Shown one piece after another: positions 27,363 through 36,488 of a stretch of 64,000 nt of DNA. The first letter of the stretch is position 1. Each line of letters begins with the position of its first letter. The stretch lies in NCBI GenBank assembly GCA_963798485.1, contig CAWCTR010000021.1, positions 64,001 through 128,000 on the forward strand, read 5' to 3'. The notes below the pieces were generated by a model that was not told the DNA's origin, made no database searches, and saw only the letters and a program-made list of their open reading frames with translations. Source of the DNA: an uncultured delta proteobacterium (GTDB lineage Bacteria > Desulfobacterota > Desulfomonilia > UBA1062). The position numbers and the translations under genes were made by a program.

Positions 27363-28734
27363 AGAGCCTGCCAAAGGTCTCCTCCTCGAGGTTCTCGAAA
27401 AACATGGCGCGGCCGACCTCGCCCCGCAGGCGACGGGCCTCGCGCATGCCCATGGCACCCATCAGTTCGATCAACTGGTCGTGCCATGCCGCGATCAGGT
27501 TCGTCATCCGGCCCACACCGTAGTTGAAATCGATTTCCTGAAGCCTGGCCGGACACGGCGACCCGGGCTCGCAACTGTTACACAGATGACATTCAAGCGC
27601 GATCATAAGCGGCAGGTTGATGGTAACCAGGTCGGCACCGCAGATGATGGCCTTGGCCATGTGCTCCGGCAGCGCGATACCGCCTCCGGCCATGAGCGTG
27701 ATTTCATCCCGGATGCCCCTCTCGATGAGCGCGGTATGAATCTGACGGATCATGTCCTTTATAAACCGCGGCTTTTTCGCCAAGAGTTCATTGCCGTCGG
27801 CATCGGAAACGAGGTGGATCACTTCAATCTCTTCCAGAGCGGCCAGATCTATGGCGCGGCCGATTCCCGCATCGGTCAGTTCCATCCGGATGGCTACGAC
27901 AATTTCCGGGTGGATTTTTTTGATTTCCCTGATGCGCTCCGCCACGGCGGGGCTGTCGGCGATTTCCACCAGGCGGGTTTTTTTCAGCAACGCATCCGGC
28001 ACGCTCGGGCTATCCGGGCCAAGATAAAACGCGATGTTCTCCAGGTGGGCGTCACTGGACGGCCGGTATTTTGAGTCCATAAGGGCGATCAGGCCGGTGT
28101 CGGCGGCGGTCTGTTCGATGATCGGGTCAAGCTTCGGCAGCGTGTGCGCTGGCGAACTCAAATCAAGGATCAACGGCATCGGAAGCGAGACCAGCGGCGG
28201 CAAGGCCGTTGATTTGTTTCCATTCACCACCAGAAACGGCGGCTTGCGGCCGATGTCGACCGAAGTGCTGATGTATTCCCGCCCGTGAATGCCGTCGCGG
28301 GTCGGGCGGACAATCTCCGACATGTCCGTCCACATGGAATCGAAGCCCTGGCCGGAAAACGGCCCCCGGTAGCCTGCGCCGGAAACCGGAATTTTTGCGG
28401 TTTCGGCCTGAAGCCATGTCGTTTTGATGATATCGGGTTTCCAATAACTGTTCCCGAGCTTTTCATACTCCGGGTTTACTGAAAGGCGCAAGATGCCTTT
28501 GGTGCAGTCCTGCACGCAGGAAAAACAACCCATGCAGTCAAAAAACAATGCCTCTACATCGCTTAAGTTGCGGATGTATTCCGCCTCCTGTCTGTAGCGG
28601 TCATAGACACAGGCCTTTTTAACGCAGTTATGACACCGGGCGCAGTCTTCCCGCCAGTCCACCACTCCATGTTTGCCTATGCGCGGCCGCAACGGCGGAA
28701 CCGGCTGGGTCTTGATGTGATATTTCTCCGGCAT
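27340..28734 (-). CDS. Degenerate FMN-type glutamate synthase paralogue with Fe-S motifs
   Basis: CARCHNC..C, CMGCFSC...C, AGGGI...AKAIICGAD...CHLCNSC..CP...MG...LRG; lacks MSFG, TGEGG and QGAKPG. Confidence 0.75.
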   Translation of the reverse strand: MPEKYHIKTQPVPPLRPRIGKHGVVDWREDCARCHNCVKKACVYDRYRQEAEYIRNLSDVEALFFDCMGCFSCVQDCTKGILRLSVNPEYEKLGNSYWKPDIIKTTWLQAETAKIPVSGAGYRGPFSGQGFDSMWTDMSEIVRPTRDGIHGREYISTSVDIGRKPPFLVVNGNKSTALPPLVSLPMPLILDLSSPAHTLPKLDPIIEQTAADTGLIALMDSKYRPSSDAHLENIAFYLGPDSPSVPDALLKKTRLVEIADSPAVAERIREIKKIHPEIVVAIRMELTDAGIGRAIDLAALEEIEVIHLVSDADGNELLAKKPRFIKDMIRQIHTALIERGIRDEITLMAGGGIALPEHMAKAIICGADLVTINLPLMIALECHLCNSCEPGSPCPARLQEIDFNYGVGRMTNLIAAWHDQLIELMGAMGMREARRLRGEVGRAMFFENLEEETFGRLYGKRKPS

Positions 28735-28749
28735 AATCTCTCCAAGCGC

Positions 28750-29649
28750 CTACAGTCCGGAAGCGGCGACCAATTCGGGCACAATTGCTTCCTTGCCGCC
28801 CGAAAGGATGTGTATTCCGCGCAAACCAGTAAGCGCCTTGAGCTGCTTGATGGTTTCAGCGCAAATAGCCAAGCCTTCCTTCTTACCGGCATCGCCTGCT
28901 TTTTCCAGCCGTTCAATGACTTCGTCCGGAATACGGAATTCGGCATACGTATTGCGGAGTTTTTGGGCTTCCGTTACACTTTCCAAGGGATATACACCGG
29001 CCAAGATGGCGGCCTTTTTGGTGATGCCTTCCTTGCGGGCGGCGTCGAGCCAAAGGCCAAAGGACTGGATGTCAAACACCGCATGAGTCTGAATGAACCT
29101 GGCGCCGGCTTCGACTTTTTTACCCAGCCTGAACAGGTTAAGTTCCAGCGGTTTCATGAATGGATTTACCACCGCACCCACCAGCATCGAAAACTGCCCG
29201 TCTATGCCGGTTCCGTCGGCCAGCACGCCGTTTTCGGTCATCCGGTTGGCCAACTCGATTAACTGAATGGAATCGATATCATATACATTAACTGATTCCG
29301 GACATCCGATCAGTGTCTGATGATAACCGGACATGCAGAGCACATTCTTGATTCCCAGGCTGGCGGCCCCCAGCAGATCGGACTGTAACGCGATGCGATT
29401 CCGGTCGCGGGTGACCATTTGAAGGACCGGTTCAACACCCAATCTCATCGCTGCCGCGGATGCGGCCATCGACGACAGCGCCACGCCGTGTGAATTGTCA
29501 GCCATGCCCACGGCCACCGGTTTGCCGCCAAAATACTTCAAAGCCGCTTCAACGGTTGCGCCTGATGCAGTGGCGCCGGGCGCACACTCAGCGGTGACGA
29601 TAAAATCTCCCGTCTCGATTTTTTTTGCGAGTTTGCTGTCGACTTTCAT
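28750..29649 (-). CDS. metF: Methylenetetrahydrofolate reductase MetF-like (atypical)
   Basis: VTAE, DN, QMVTRDRNRIALQSDLLGA, KKVEAGARFIQT, GIHI; SGYH in place of the usual GD motif. Confidence 0.82.
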   Translation of the reverse strand: MKVDSKLAKKIETGDFIVTAECAPGATASGATVEAALKYFGGKPVAVGMADNSHGVALSSMAASAAAMRLGVEPVLQMVTRDRNRIALQSDLLGAASLGIKNVLCMSGYHQTLIGCPESVNVYDIDSIQLIELANRMTENGVLADGTGIDGQFSMLVGAVVNPFMKPLELNLFRLGKKVEAGARFIQTHAVFDIQSFGLWLDAARKEGITKKAAILAGVYPLESVTEAQKLRNTYAEFRIPDEVIERLEKAGDAGKKEGLAICAETIKQLKALTGLRGIHILSGGKEAIVPELVAASGL

Positions 29650-29663
29650 GCTACCGTGCTCTC

Positions 29664-30086
29664 CTATTTGTTGGCGGCGCCGCTTCGAGCATACGTCGGG
29701 GGTAGAGTTCTTAGGCGTTCAATGAACTGTTTGATTTCGCCGAGGACTTCTCCGGCGTCGGGTTTCCCGCACTCAAAAACGGCCATCCGGCCCGCGGCCA
29801 CGCCGATTTCATCCAGCAGCGCTTCAACGGCCTCGGCGCGTTTGCGCGCCCGCAGATTGCCCTCGAAGTGGCGACACTCGTTCTTTTTGCAGGTCACAAT
29901 CGCCACACCGTCCGCACCTGTTTCAAAGGATTTAATCAAATAAGGGATATCCACCTTTCCGGAACAGGGCAGACTGATGATCTTGATCGTATCGCCATCG
30001 TGTATAGTGCATAAACCCGAAAACTGGCTTGCTTCAAGATTGTTTGAGCAATAAAAAATATAAGTTTTCAACGCCTGATTGTTCAT
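29664..30086 (-). CDS. Second, divergent MvhD-like [2Fe-2S] protein
   Basis: YCSN, LPCSGKV, FETGADGV..V.C....C.H.EGN.RA. Confidence 0.8.
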   Translation of the reverse strand: MNNQALKTYIFYCSNNLEASQFSGLCTIHDGDTIKIISLPCSGKVDIPYLIKSFETGADGVAIVTCKKNECRHFEGNLRARKRAEAVEALLDEIGVAAGRMAVFECGKPDAGEVLGEIKQFIERLRTLPPTYARSGAANK

Positions 30087-30157
30087 AAATCTTGTTTCCT
30101 TTGGTGAAAAAAATCAATCAAGCCAGTTGGGCCGTTCACACTCTTCACCGGCGCAAG

Positions 30158-30172
30158 GCAGGCCATATGCCT
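30158..30172 (-). promoter_or_regulatory. Candidate sigma54 promoter of the mvhD-metF-glt-hdr-metV operon
   Basis: Minus strand AGGCATATGGCCTGC (GG-N10-GC), ~70 nt before ATG 30086; imperfect consensus. Confidence 0.45.
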
Positions 30173-30270
30173 TTCAAGGTCCCAGCACCATCGTGGTTGA
30201 TCGTCGCCTGCATAAAACATGAGACATATAAAAGAACATGACAGCGAAGTCCATAACTTTCTTAATAACA

Positions 30271-30315
30271 TGGGTATACCCAACATTTTATTACGATTAT
30301 TACGAATTATTACGG
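30271..30315. promoter_or_regulatory. Candidate operator elements upstream of the Hdr/Met/Glt operon
   Basis: Perfect palindrome TGGGTATACCCA (30271-30282) and three tandem TTATTACG(A/G) units (30288, 30297, 30307). Confidence 0.45.
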
Positions 30316-30352
30316 ATCTCACCCCCTGCTCGTAGCAGTAAAGAAAGCTGGC

Positions 30353-32020
30353 CTACTTATAGCTGTCTTTATGCACATCCTTGACCGCCCGGCCTGACGG
30401 GTCGATCATATTGGCAAACTGGGCATCCCACTTGATGGCCGTAGGTGTGGAACAGGCTACCGAAGGCCCTTCAGGTACGCAGCGGGCGGCACTGTCCAGT
30501 GGAAAGAATTCCTGGAAGATTGACCGGTAATAATATCCCTCTTTGGTGACGGGTGTATTGATGGGGAAACGGAAACGGGCGTTTTCCATCTGCGTATCGC
30601 TGACCATTTTCTCAGCCACCTCGCGAAGGGTATCGATCCAGTTGTAACCCACGCCGTCGGAAAACTGTTCTTTCTGGCGCCAGGCAACCTCGGATGGCAG
30701 ATAATCCTCGAATGCCTTTCTTAAGATATGTTTCTCCATACGGCCATCCTTGCACATCTTGTCTTCCGGGTTGAGGCGCATGGCAACGTCCATGAATTCT
30801 TTGTCCAGGAAAGGTACCCTGCCTTCCACACCCCAGGCGGCCAGAGACTTGTTGGCGCGCAGACAGTCATATTTGCTGAGCATGGAGAGTTTGCGCACGG
30901 TTTCTTCGTGAAGCTCTTTAGCATCGGGCGCCTTGTGGAAATACAGATAACCGCCGAAGATTTCGTCTGCCCCTTCACCGGAGAGCACCATCTTGACCCC
31001 CATGGACTTGATCTTGCGGGACATCAGATACATGGGAGTGGAAGCCCTGATCGTGGTAACATCGTAGGTTTCTATGTGGTATATCACGTCGCGCACGGCA
31101 TCCAGGCCTTCCTGGATGGTGAAGGTGAAATTATGGTGAATGGAGCCGATATGGTCGGCCACCTTCTGGGCTGCCGCCAGATCCGGTGAACCGTCCAGGC
31201 CGATGGCAAAGGAGTGCAGCTGGGGCCACCAGGCATCCTTCAAGCCGCTGGTCTCAACGCGCTTGGCCGAATACTTCTTTGCAACGGCCGCAGTAATCGA
31301 ACTGTCCAAACCGCCTGAAAGCAGCACACCGTACGGCACGTCGGACATCAGTTGGCGTTCCACCGCCTCTTCCAGCGCCCGTCTGAGATCTTTTATGCTG
31401 CTTTTGTTGTCTTTGACATTGTCATATTCCATCCAGTCCCGCTTGTAATATTCCTTTGGGGAGCCGTCTTTGCTGTAGAGATAATGCCCGGGAGGAAATT
31501 CGCTTACCGTGTTGCACACCCCAATCAGGCCCTTCATTTCAGAAGCCACATAGAAATTGCCGTGCTCGTCGTAACCGGTATACAAGGGACAAATTCCGAT
31601 ATGGTCGCGGCCGATCATGTAGACATCGTTCTGGCTGTCATAGAGAGCAAAGGCAAAGATTCCGTTCAGGTCTTCCAGAAAATCAATGCCCTTCTGGCAA
31701 TAAAGGGCCAGAATGATCTCACAGTCCGATTCGGTCAGAAAATTATAAGGTTCTCTCAAGGTCTTCTTGAGATCCTTATGATTATAGATCTCACCGTTGA
31801 CCGCCAAGGCTACCTTGCCGTCAGGGGTGTAAAGCGGCTGGGCTCCCTTGTTGACATCAACAATTGAAAGCCGCTCATGGGCCAGAATGGCCTTTTCATT
31901 TACATAGATGCCGCTCCAGTCCGGTCCGCGATGCCGCATCGTGCGACTCATCTCCAGGGCCTGGGACCGGAGTTCCTTCACATCTGTCTTGATATCAAAA
32001 ATACCGAGTATGGAACACAT
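30353..32020 (-). CDS. asnB: Asparagine synthetase B (glutamine-hydrolysing)
   Basis: MCSI.G, RHRGPDWSG, NGEIYNH, LLSGGLDSS, ETYDVTTIRASTPM, SGEGADE, WRQKEQFSDGVG. Confidence 0.97.
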   Translation of the reverse strand: MCSILGIFDIKTDVKELRSQALEMSRTMRHRGPDWSGIYVNEKAILAHERLSIVDVNKGAQPLYTPDGKVALAVNGEIYNHKDLKKTLREPYNFLTESDCEIILALYCQKGIDFLEDLNGIFAFALYDSQNDVYMIGRDHIGICPLYTGYDEHGNFYVASEMKGLIGVCNTVSEFPPGHYLYSKDGSPKEYYKRDWMEYDNVKDNKSSIKDLRRALEEAVERQLMSDVPYGVLLSGGLDSSITAAVAKKYSAKRVETSGLKDAWWPQLHSFAIGLDGSPDLAAAQKVADHIGSIHHNFTFTIQEGLDAVRDVIYHIETYDVTTIRASTPMYLMSRKIKSMGVKMVLSGEGADEIFGGYLYFHKAPDAKELHEETVRKLSMLSKYDCLRANKSLAAWGVEGRVPFLDKEFMDVAMRLNPEDKMCKDGRMEKHILRKAFEDYLPSEVAWRQKEQFSDGVGYNWIDTLREVAEKMVSDTQMENARFRFPINTPVTKEGYYYRSIFQEFFPLDSAARCVPEGPSVACSTPTAIKWDAQFANMIDPSGRAVKDVHKDSYK

Positions 32021-32099
32021 GTCGTATCCTTCATTTGTTGTAGGTTACTTTCAAGGAGACTATAAGTATTTATTATGCCACGCAAGCGATTTCTACAGA

Positions 32100-34594
32100 T
32101 CAGCTTATCCGATTGCTGCTCTGGCGTTCACCAAGCTTTTCAATTGCATTGGTAATCTCGACTACTATTCGAAAATCCAGTTCCTCATCGGTAATCTTCT
32201 CGCCGAACTCATCAACTACATAGAATACATCCGTGCATGGGTCACCGGTGTGGGATAGGAATGCCCGGTGTATATTAAGACCCAGCTTTGCAATTGCCTG
32301 GGCTACATGAAAGAGAAGGCCGAACCTTTGCGGTGCATGCACATCGATTATGGTAAAGAAGTCTGAACTGTCATTGTCCAGATTGACAACAGGGATAGAT
32401 GAAGAGAGGATCGTTGATCCATTTTTAAGCGGCTTTGTTGAGGAGATCCGATCATTGATATCAAACTGATCTTTTGCTGCAAGTTTGAACTGCTCGCTGA
32501 TCTTTCCCCAGTTTGCATAATTCTTCCAAGGGGTAAGGACCGTGAACTCATCTACCGCTATGCCGTCAAGCCAGGTAAAGATCTTTGCAGAGACAATGTC
32601 CAGGTGATTGATAGTGAATATCCCCGTTAGCATGGCAAACAGGCCGGGCCTGTCCCGGGTTATGATGGTAACGGCAGCATGCTCACCCTTGGCCTGGACA
32701 TCTACCATGATTTCGTCCTTATTCTTCAACGCACCGCTTAGTTCGAGATGGTGTTTAATATCAAAGAACTCGGTATGGAGGATATAGGCCTGCGGCAGCA
32801 CCCATAACCTTCCACCCTGACGGGATTTCTGCTCGGTGGGCACCTCTGATATGAGCCGGTTCCATCTCTCTTCAAGTATGGTCATGTTATTCGGATCTCT
32901 CAATATGCCGCGCTGCAGGCTGTGGGCGGCCTTTATGAAAAGCTCGCGCAGCAGGGATGCCTTCCATTCATCCCATGCGCGGGGACCTGTGGCGCGTGCA
33001 TCGGCAACACTGATGAGATAAAGCATGGCCAGGACCTGTTCATTTTGAGCCAGCCTTGCACAATCAAGGGCCACCTTTTCCTCGGAGAGGTCCCTCCTAT
33101 AAGCTGTGTCGGGCAAGAGGAGATGATGAGCGCACAAGGAAATCAACAAGCTCCGCACGCTGGTGTGAAAATCCGAACCGTTTCGCAATATTCCCTGCTA
33201 ACAGGGGCACCGGTAATGGCATGTGGTCTACCCAATCCTTTGCCGATGTCGTGGAGGAGTGCGGCGAGATACAGCACCTCTTTATCCTCAACTGCAGCAA
33301 ATAGATTCGATTCTTCCTTTTCAAGTGCATTGAGCTCATCAACGGTTTTTATGCTGTGCACATCAGTAGTATAGGTATGGTAGACATCGAAGTGTGTACG
33401 GCCCTTGATGGACCCGAACTCGGGGATGAGTCGCTCGAGTACACCGGTTTCAAGCATAGCGGTCAGCGCCATGGCAGGATACTTACCGCTCATGATCTTA
33501 AAAAAGGTCTCTTTGGCCTCTATGCTGTCCCGTTCATGGTCCAGTTGAGAAAGGGAGTTCCGCACATGATGCCGGGTCTCGATGGACATGGCAGCGCCGA
33601 GTGATGATATGTGCGAGAATACCTTGAAGATCAACTCCGACCTATCCGGGATTTTTCCCTGACCGCAAAAGCTGATCTGGCCGGAGGTGAGCCTGAAATC
33701 TTGGTCCAGAAGGACATCACCTTTACTGCTCCTGAGGCCAAATGCAAGATAATACTGAGAAAGAACGGCCTCTGATATGGATTTCACCGTCAGGGCGCTG
33801 CTGTGGAACTGCTTCATGAGCAGCTCGGCTGCTGATTCATACCCAGTGTCTCGATAGCCCATTTTCGAGGCCAATGGTCCTTGATACTCAAAATACAACC
33901 GGTCATTCTTTCTGCCGGACATTTCATGAAGATCATAGCGTATTGTAAGGAGATGATCCAGGGCGGCATCAAGCTCATCTTTGTCTACCTGGCTGAAATA
34001 CGAAGGGAGAGAGCGCCCTTTCGGGTCGGAAGATGCAACTTTGATTACCCACATAAGGCTGTGGTAATCTCTCAAACTTCCATAGCCTTCCTTTATGTCG
34101 GGCTCGAGGTAATAAGAGGCATCCCCACACTTGGTATGACGTTTTTCCATGTGTGCATTGAGGTCTAAAAGGAAACCTTTCGTATCTCTCAAGCGCTTTT
34201 CTTTACTCATTGCATGGATCATTTCATTGAAGAGCTCCTTGGATCCACAGACAAATCGCACATCGAGCAAGGATGTGCGGAAGAAGAAGTCATCTTTTGT
34301 ATCCCGTATGACCTGCTTTACTGTGCGTACACTATAACTTACGGTATAACCCTCATCCCATAAGGGGTACATCATATCCTGCAGGGCCTTTTCTATATCC
34401 GTATGGGCTGTTCTGCGATGAGCAAGAAGCAACAGGTCGATATCCGAGAAAGGGCAGAGGTCATTCCTGCCGTATCCTCCTATGGCAACGATTGACCATT
34501 GCGGCTTGCTCATGCCGAACCTGGTTTCGAAAAGACGGGAAATGGTCCTGTCAGTCTTTTGGGAAAGCTCTAAACAAAGGCTTCTTCCGTCCAT
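32100..34594 (-). pseudogene. glnD: PII uridylyltransferase/uridylyl-removing enzyme GlnD, interrupted by two single-base insertions (real or sequencing error)
   Basis: GGYGR..L.PFSDIDL, EPDIKEG.G.LRD, YH.YT.D.H, LLHDIGKG, then shifts near 33203 and 33129 (GAP/LAGNIAKRFGFSHQRAELVDFLVR/HHLLLPDTAYRRDL); ADARATGP..W..WK; two ACT domains. Confidence 0.85.
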
Positions 34595-34608
34595 GTTCTT
34601 AAAGTGTA

Positions 34609-34950
<342 letters not shown>

Positions 34951-34965
34951 TCACCTCTATTGTTT

Positions 34966-34986
34966 GTAGGAGCGGCTTTAGCCGCT
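34966..34986 (+). repeat. GTAG-type REP hairpin between amtB and glnB
   Basis: GTAGG-AGCGGCT-TT-AGCCGCT. Confidence 0.6.
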
Positions 34987-35035
34987 ATTTTGTAAATATT
35001 CTAATTCCTTTTTTCCCGTATCATGTGCCTGGCGC

Positions 35036-36241
35036 CTATCTGAGGTAATACCCTGCCTCGCCGTGCATGCTCTGATCAAGGCCGACCTCTTCTTCATCCT
35101 CTTCAACCCTCAGACCTGTGATCCTTTTCACGACGAACAGGATTATGCCGGTCATGATGGCGGAGAATACGATTGCAGTACCGCATGCTATCAACTGCAC
35201 AACGAGCTGATGCGGATTACCATAGAAGAGACCGGTCCCGCCTACAGAAGCAAACAGCCCGGTTGCGATCGCTCCCCACAGACCGCCTACCCCATGGACA
35301 CCCACGACATCGAGTGAATCATCATAGCCGAACTTCTCTTTGGCAAGCACGGCAAAATAACAGATCGTTCCTGCCACAATTCCGATAATCATAGCCGGCA
35401 ACGGCGTGACAAAACCCGAAGCCGGAGTGATGGCCACCAGACCGGCAACCGCGCCAGAGGCAAAACCTAATGTTGTGGGCTTCTTTCTGATGATCTTCTC
35501 ACAAATGATCCATGAAAGCGCTGCCGTAGCGGTTGCTACCTGCGTAGCGAAGAATGCGACCGCAGCTGTTCCGTTGGCGGCAACAGCACTACCGGCATTG
35601 AAACCGAACCATCCAAACCAGAGAAGACCTGCCCCGAGCATGGTCATGGTGAGGTTGTGGGGATAGATCGGCCCCTGATGATAACCTTTCCTTTTCCCCA
35701 TGATGAGTACGGCTACCAGCGCTGCAACCCCTGCGTTGAGGTGGATGACCGTCCCTCCTGCAAAGTCAAGGGCCCCCATCTTTGCAAGCCAGCCCCCACC
35801 CCATACCCAGTGGCACAGCGGGAAGTACACAAAGCTTGACCAGAGAATGGTAAAAAGTACAAAAGCCGAGAACTTCATGCGCTCTGCAAAGGCTCCCGTG
35901 ATGAGTGCCGGGGTAATGATGGCGAACATGAGCTGGAATGCGCAGTAAATAAGATGGGGAACCGTGCTCGAATACGGCCCAGGTTTCACCCCAACCCCGG
36001 CAAGGCCCAGCCAGTCAAGAGATCCGATAAGTCCGCCCTGGTCCGGCCCAAAGGATAGACTGTATCCGAAAATCACCCAGAGAACGGATACGATACCCAG
36101 GCACATGAAACTCTGCATTATAGTTCCAAGGACATTCTTAGTACGTACCATCCCTCCGTAAAACAGACCGAGGCCCGGTGTCATGAGCATGACGAGCGCC
36201 GTTGCAACAAGCATCCAAGCTGTATCCCCTGAATTGACCAT
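35036..36241 (-). CDS. amtB: Ammonium transporter AmtB
   Basis: GDTAW, MTPGL..FYGG, FQLMFAIITPALI.GA.AER, DFAGG.VIH, LLWFGWFGFNAGS, DDSLDV.GVHG; start MVNSGD 36241. Confidence 0.96.
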   Translation of the reverse strand: MVNSGDTAWMLVATALVMLMTPGLGLFYGGMVRTKNVLGTIMQSFMCLGIVSVLWVIFGYSLSFGPDQGGLIGSLDWLGLAGVGVKPGPYSSTVPHLIYCAFQLMFAIITPALITGAFAERMKFSAFVLFTILWSSFVYFPLCHWVWGGGWLAKMGALDFAGGTVIHLNAGVAALVAVLIMGKRKGYHQGPIYPHNLTMTMLGAGLLWFGWFGFNAGSAVAANGTAAVAFFATQVATATAALSWIICEKIIRKKPTTLGFASGAVAGLVAITPASGFVTPLPAMIIGIVAGTICYFAVLAKEKFGYDDSLDVVGVHGVGGLWGAIATGLFASVGGTGLFYGNPHQLVVQLIACGTAIVFSAIMTGIILFVVKRITGLRVEEDEEEVGLDQSMHGEAGYYLR

Positions 36242-36280
36242 GTTATATCCCCCTTTCATGAGTTATGACTCAGTGTCATA

Positions 36281-36295
36281 GCAATAGGGGGGCCA
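36281..36295 (-). promoter_or_regulatory. Sigma54 promoter of amtB-glnB-glnD
   Basis: Minus strand TGGCCCCCCTATTGC (GG-N10-GC). Confidence 0.75.
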
Positions 36296-36488
36296 TCCAG
36301 GATGATTATTGATATCCTATTGATATCAAAAAGCTAAATACAATTATCACTGATTTTGAAGGACACATAATTGTTTATAAGCAGATATAGTGGTACCAAA
36401 TTGAATAAAATTGATGTACATGTACCAATATTGTATATATTGAAGGTAACAAATATACTTGATTGACACCAAACCTGGGAGAATAGAC

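Noticed and set aside
23140-28734. N-methylglutamate synthase (MgsABC) interpretation of the split Glt genes
   Set aside because: The FMN subunit has GOGAT-type TGEGG and EFKYAQGAKPG, and no gmaS or mgdABCD genes are adjacent; not excluded but unsupported
30087-30215. Known riboswitch (SAM, THF, ZTP, glutamine, cobalamin) ahead of metF
   Set aside because: Short pairings exist but no family consensus could be matched by eye
32066-32080. Sigma54-like site before asnB (minus strand TGGCATAATAAATAC)
   Set aside because: The -12 element is AC rather than GC; too weak to call
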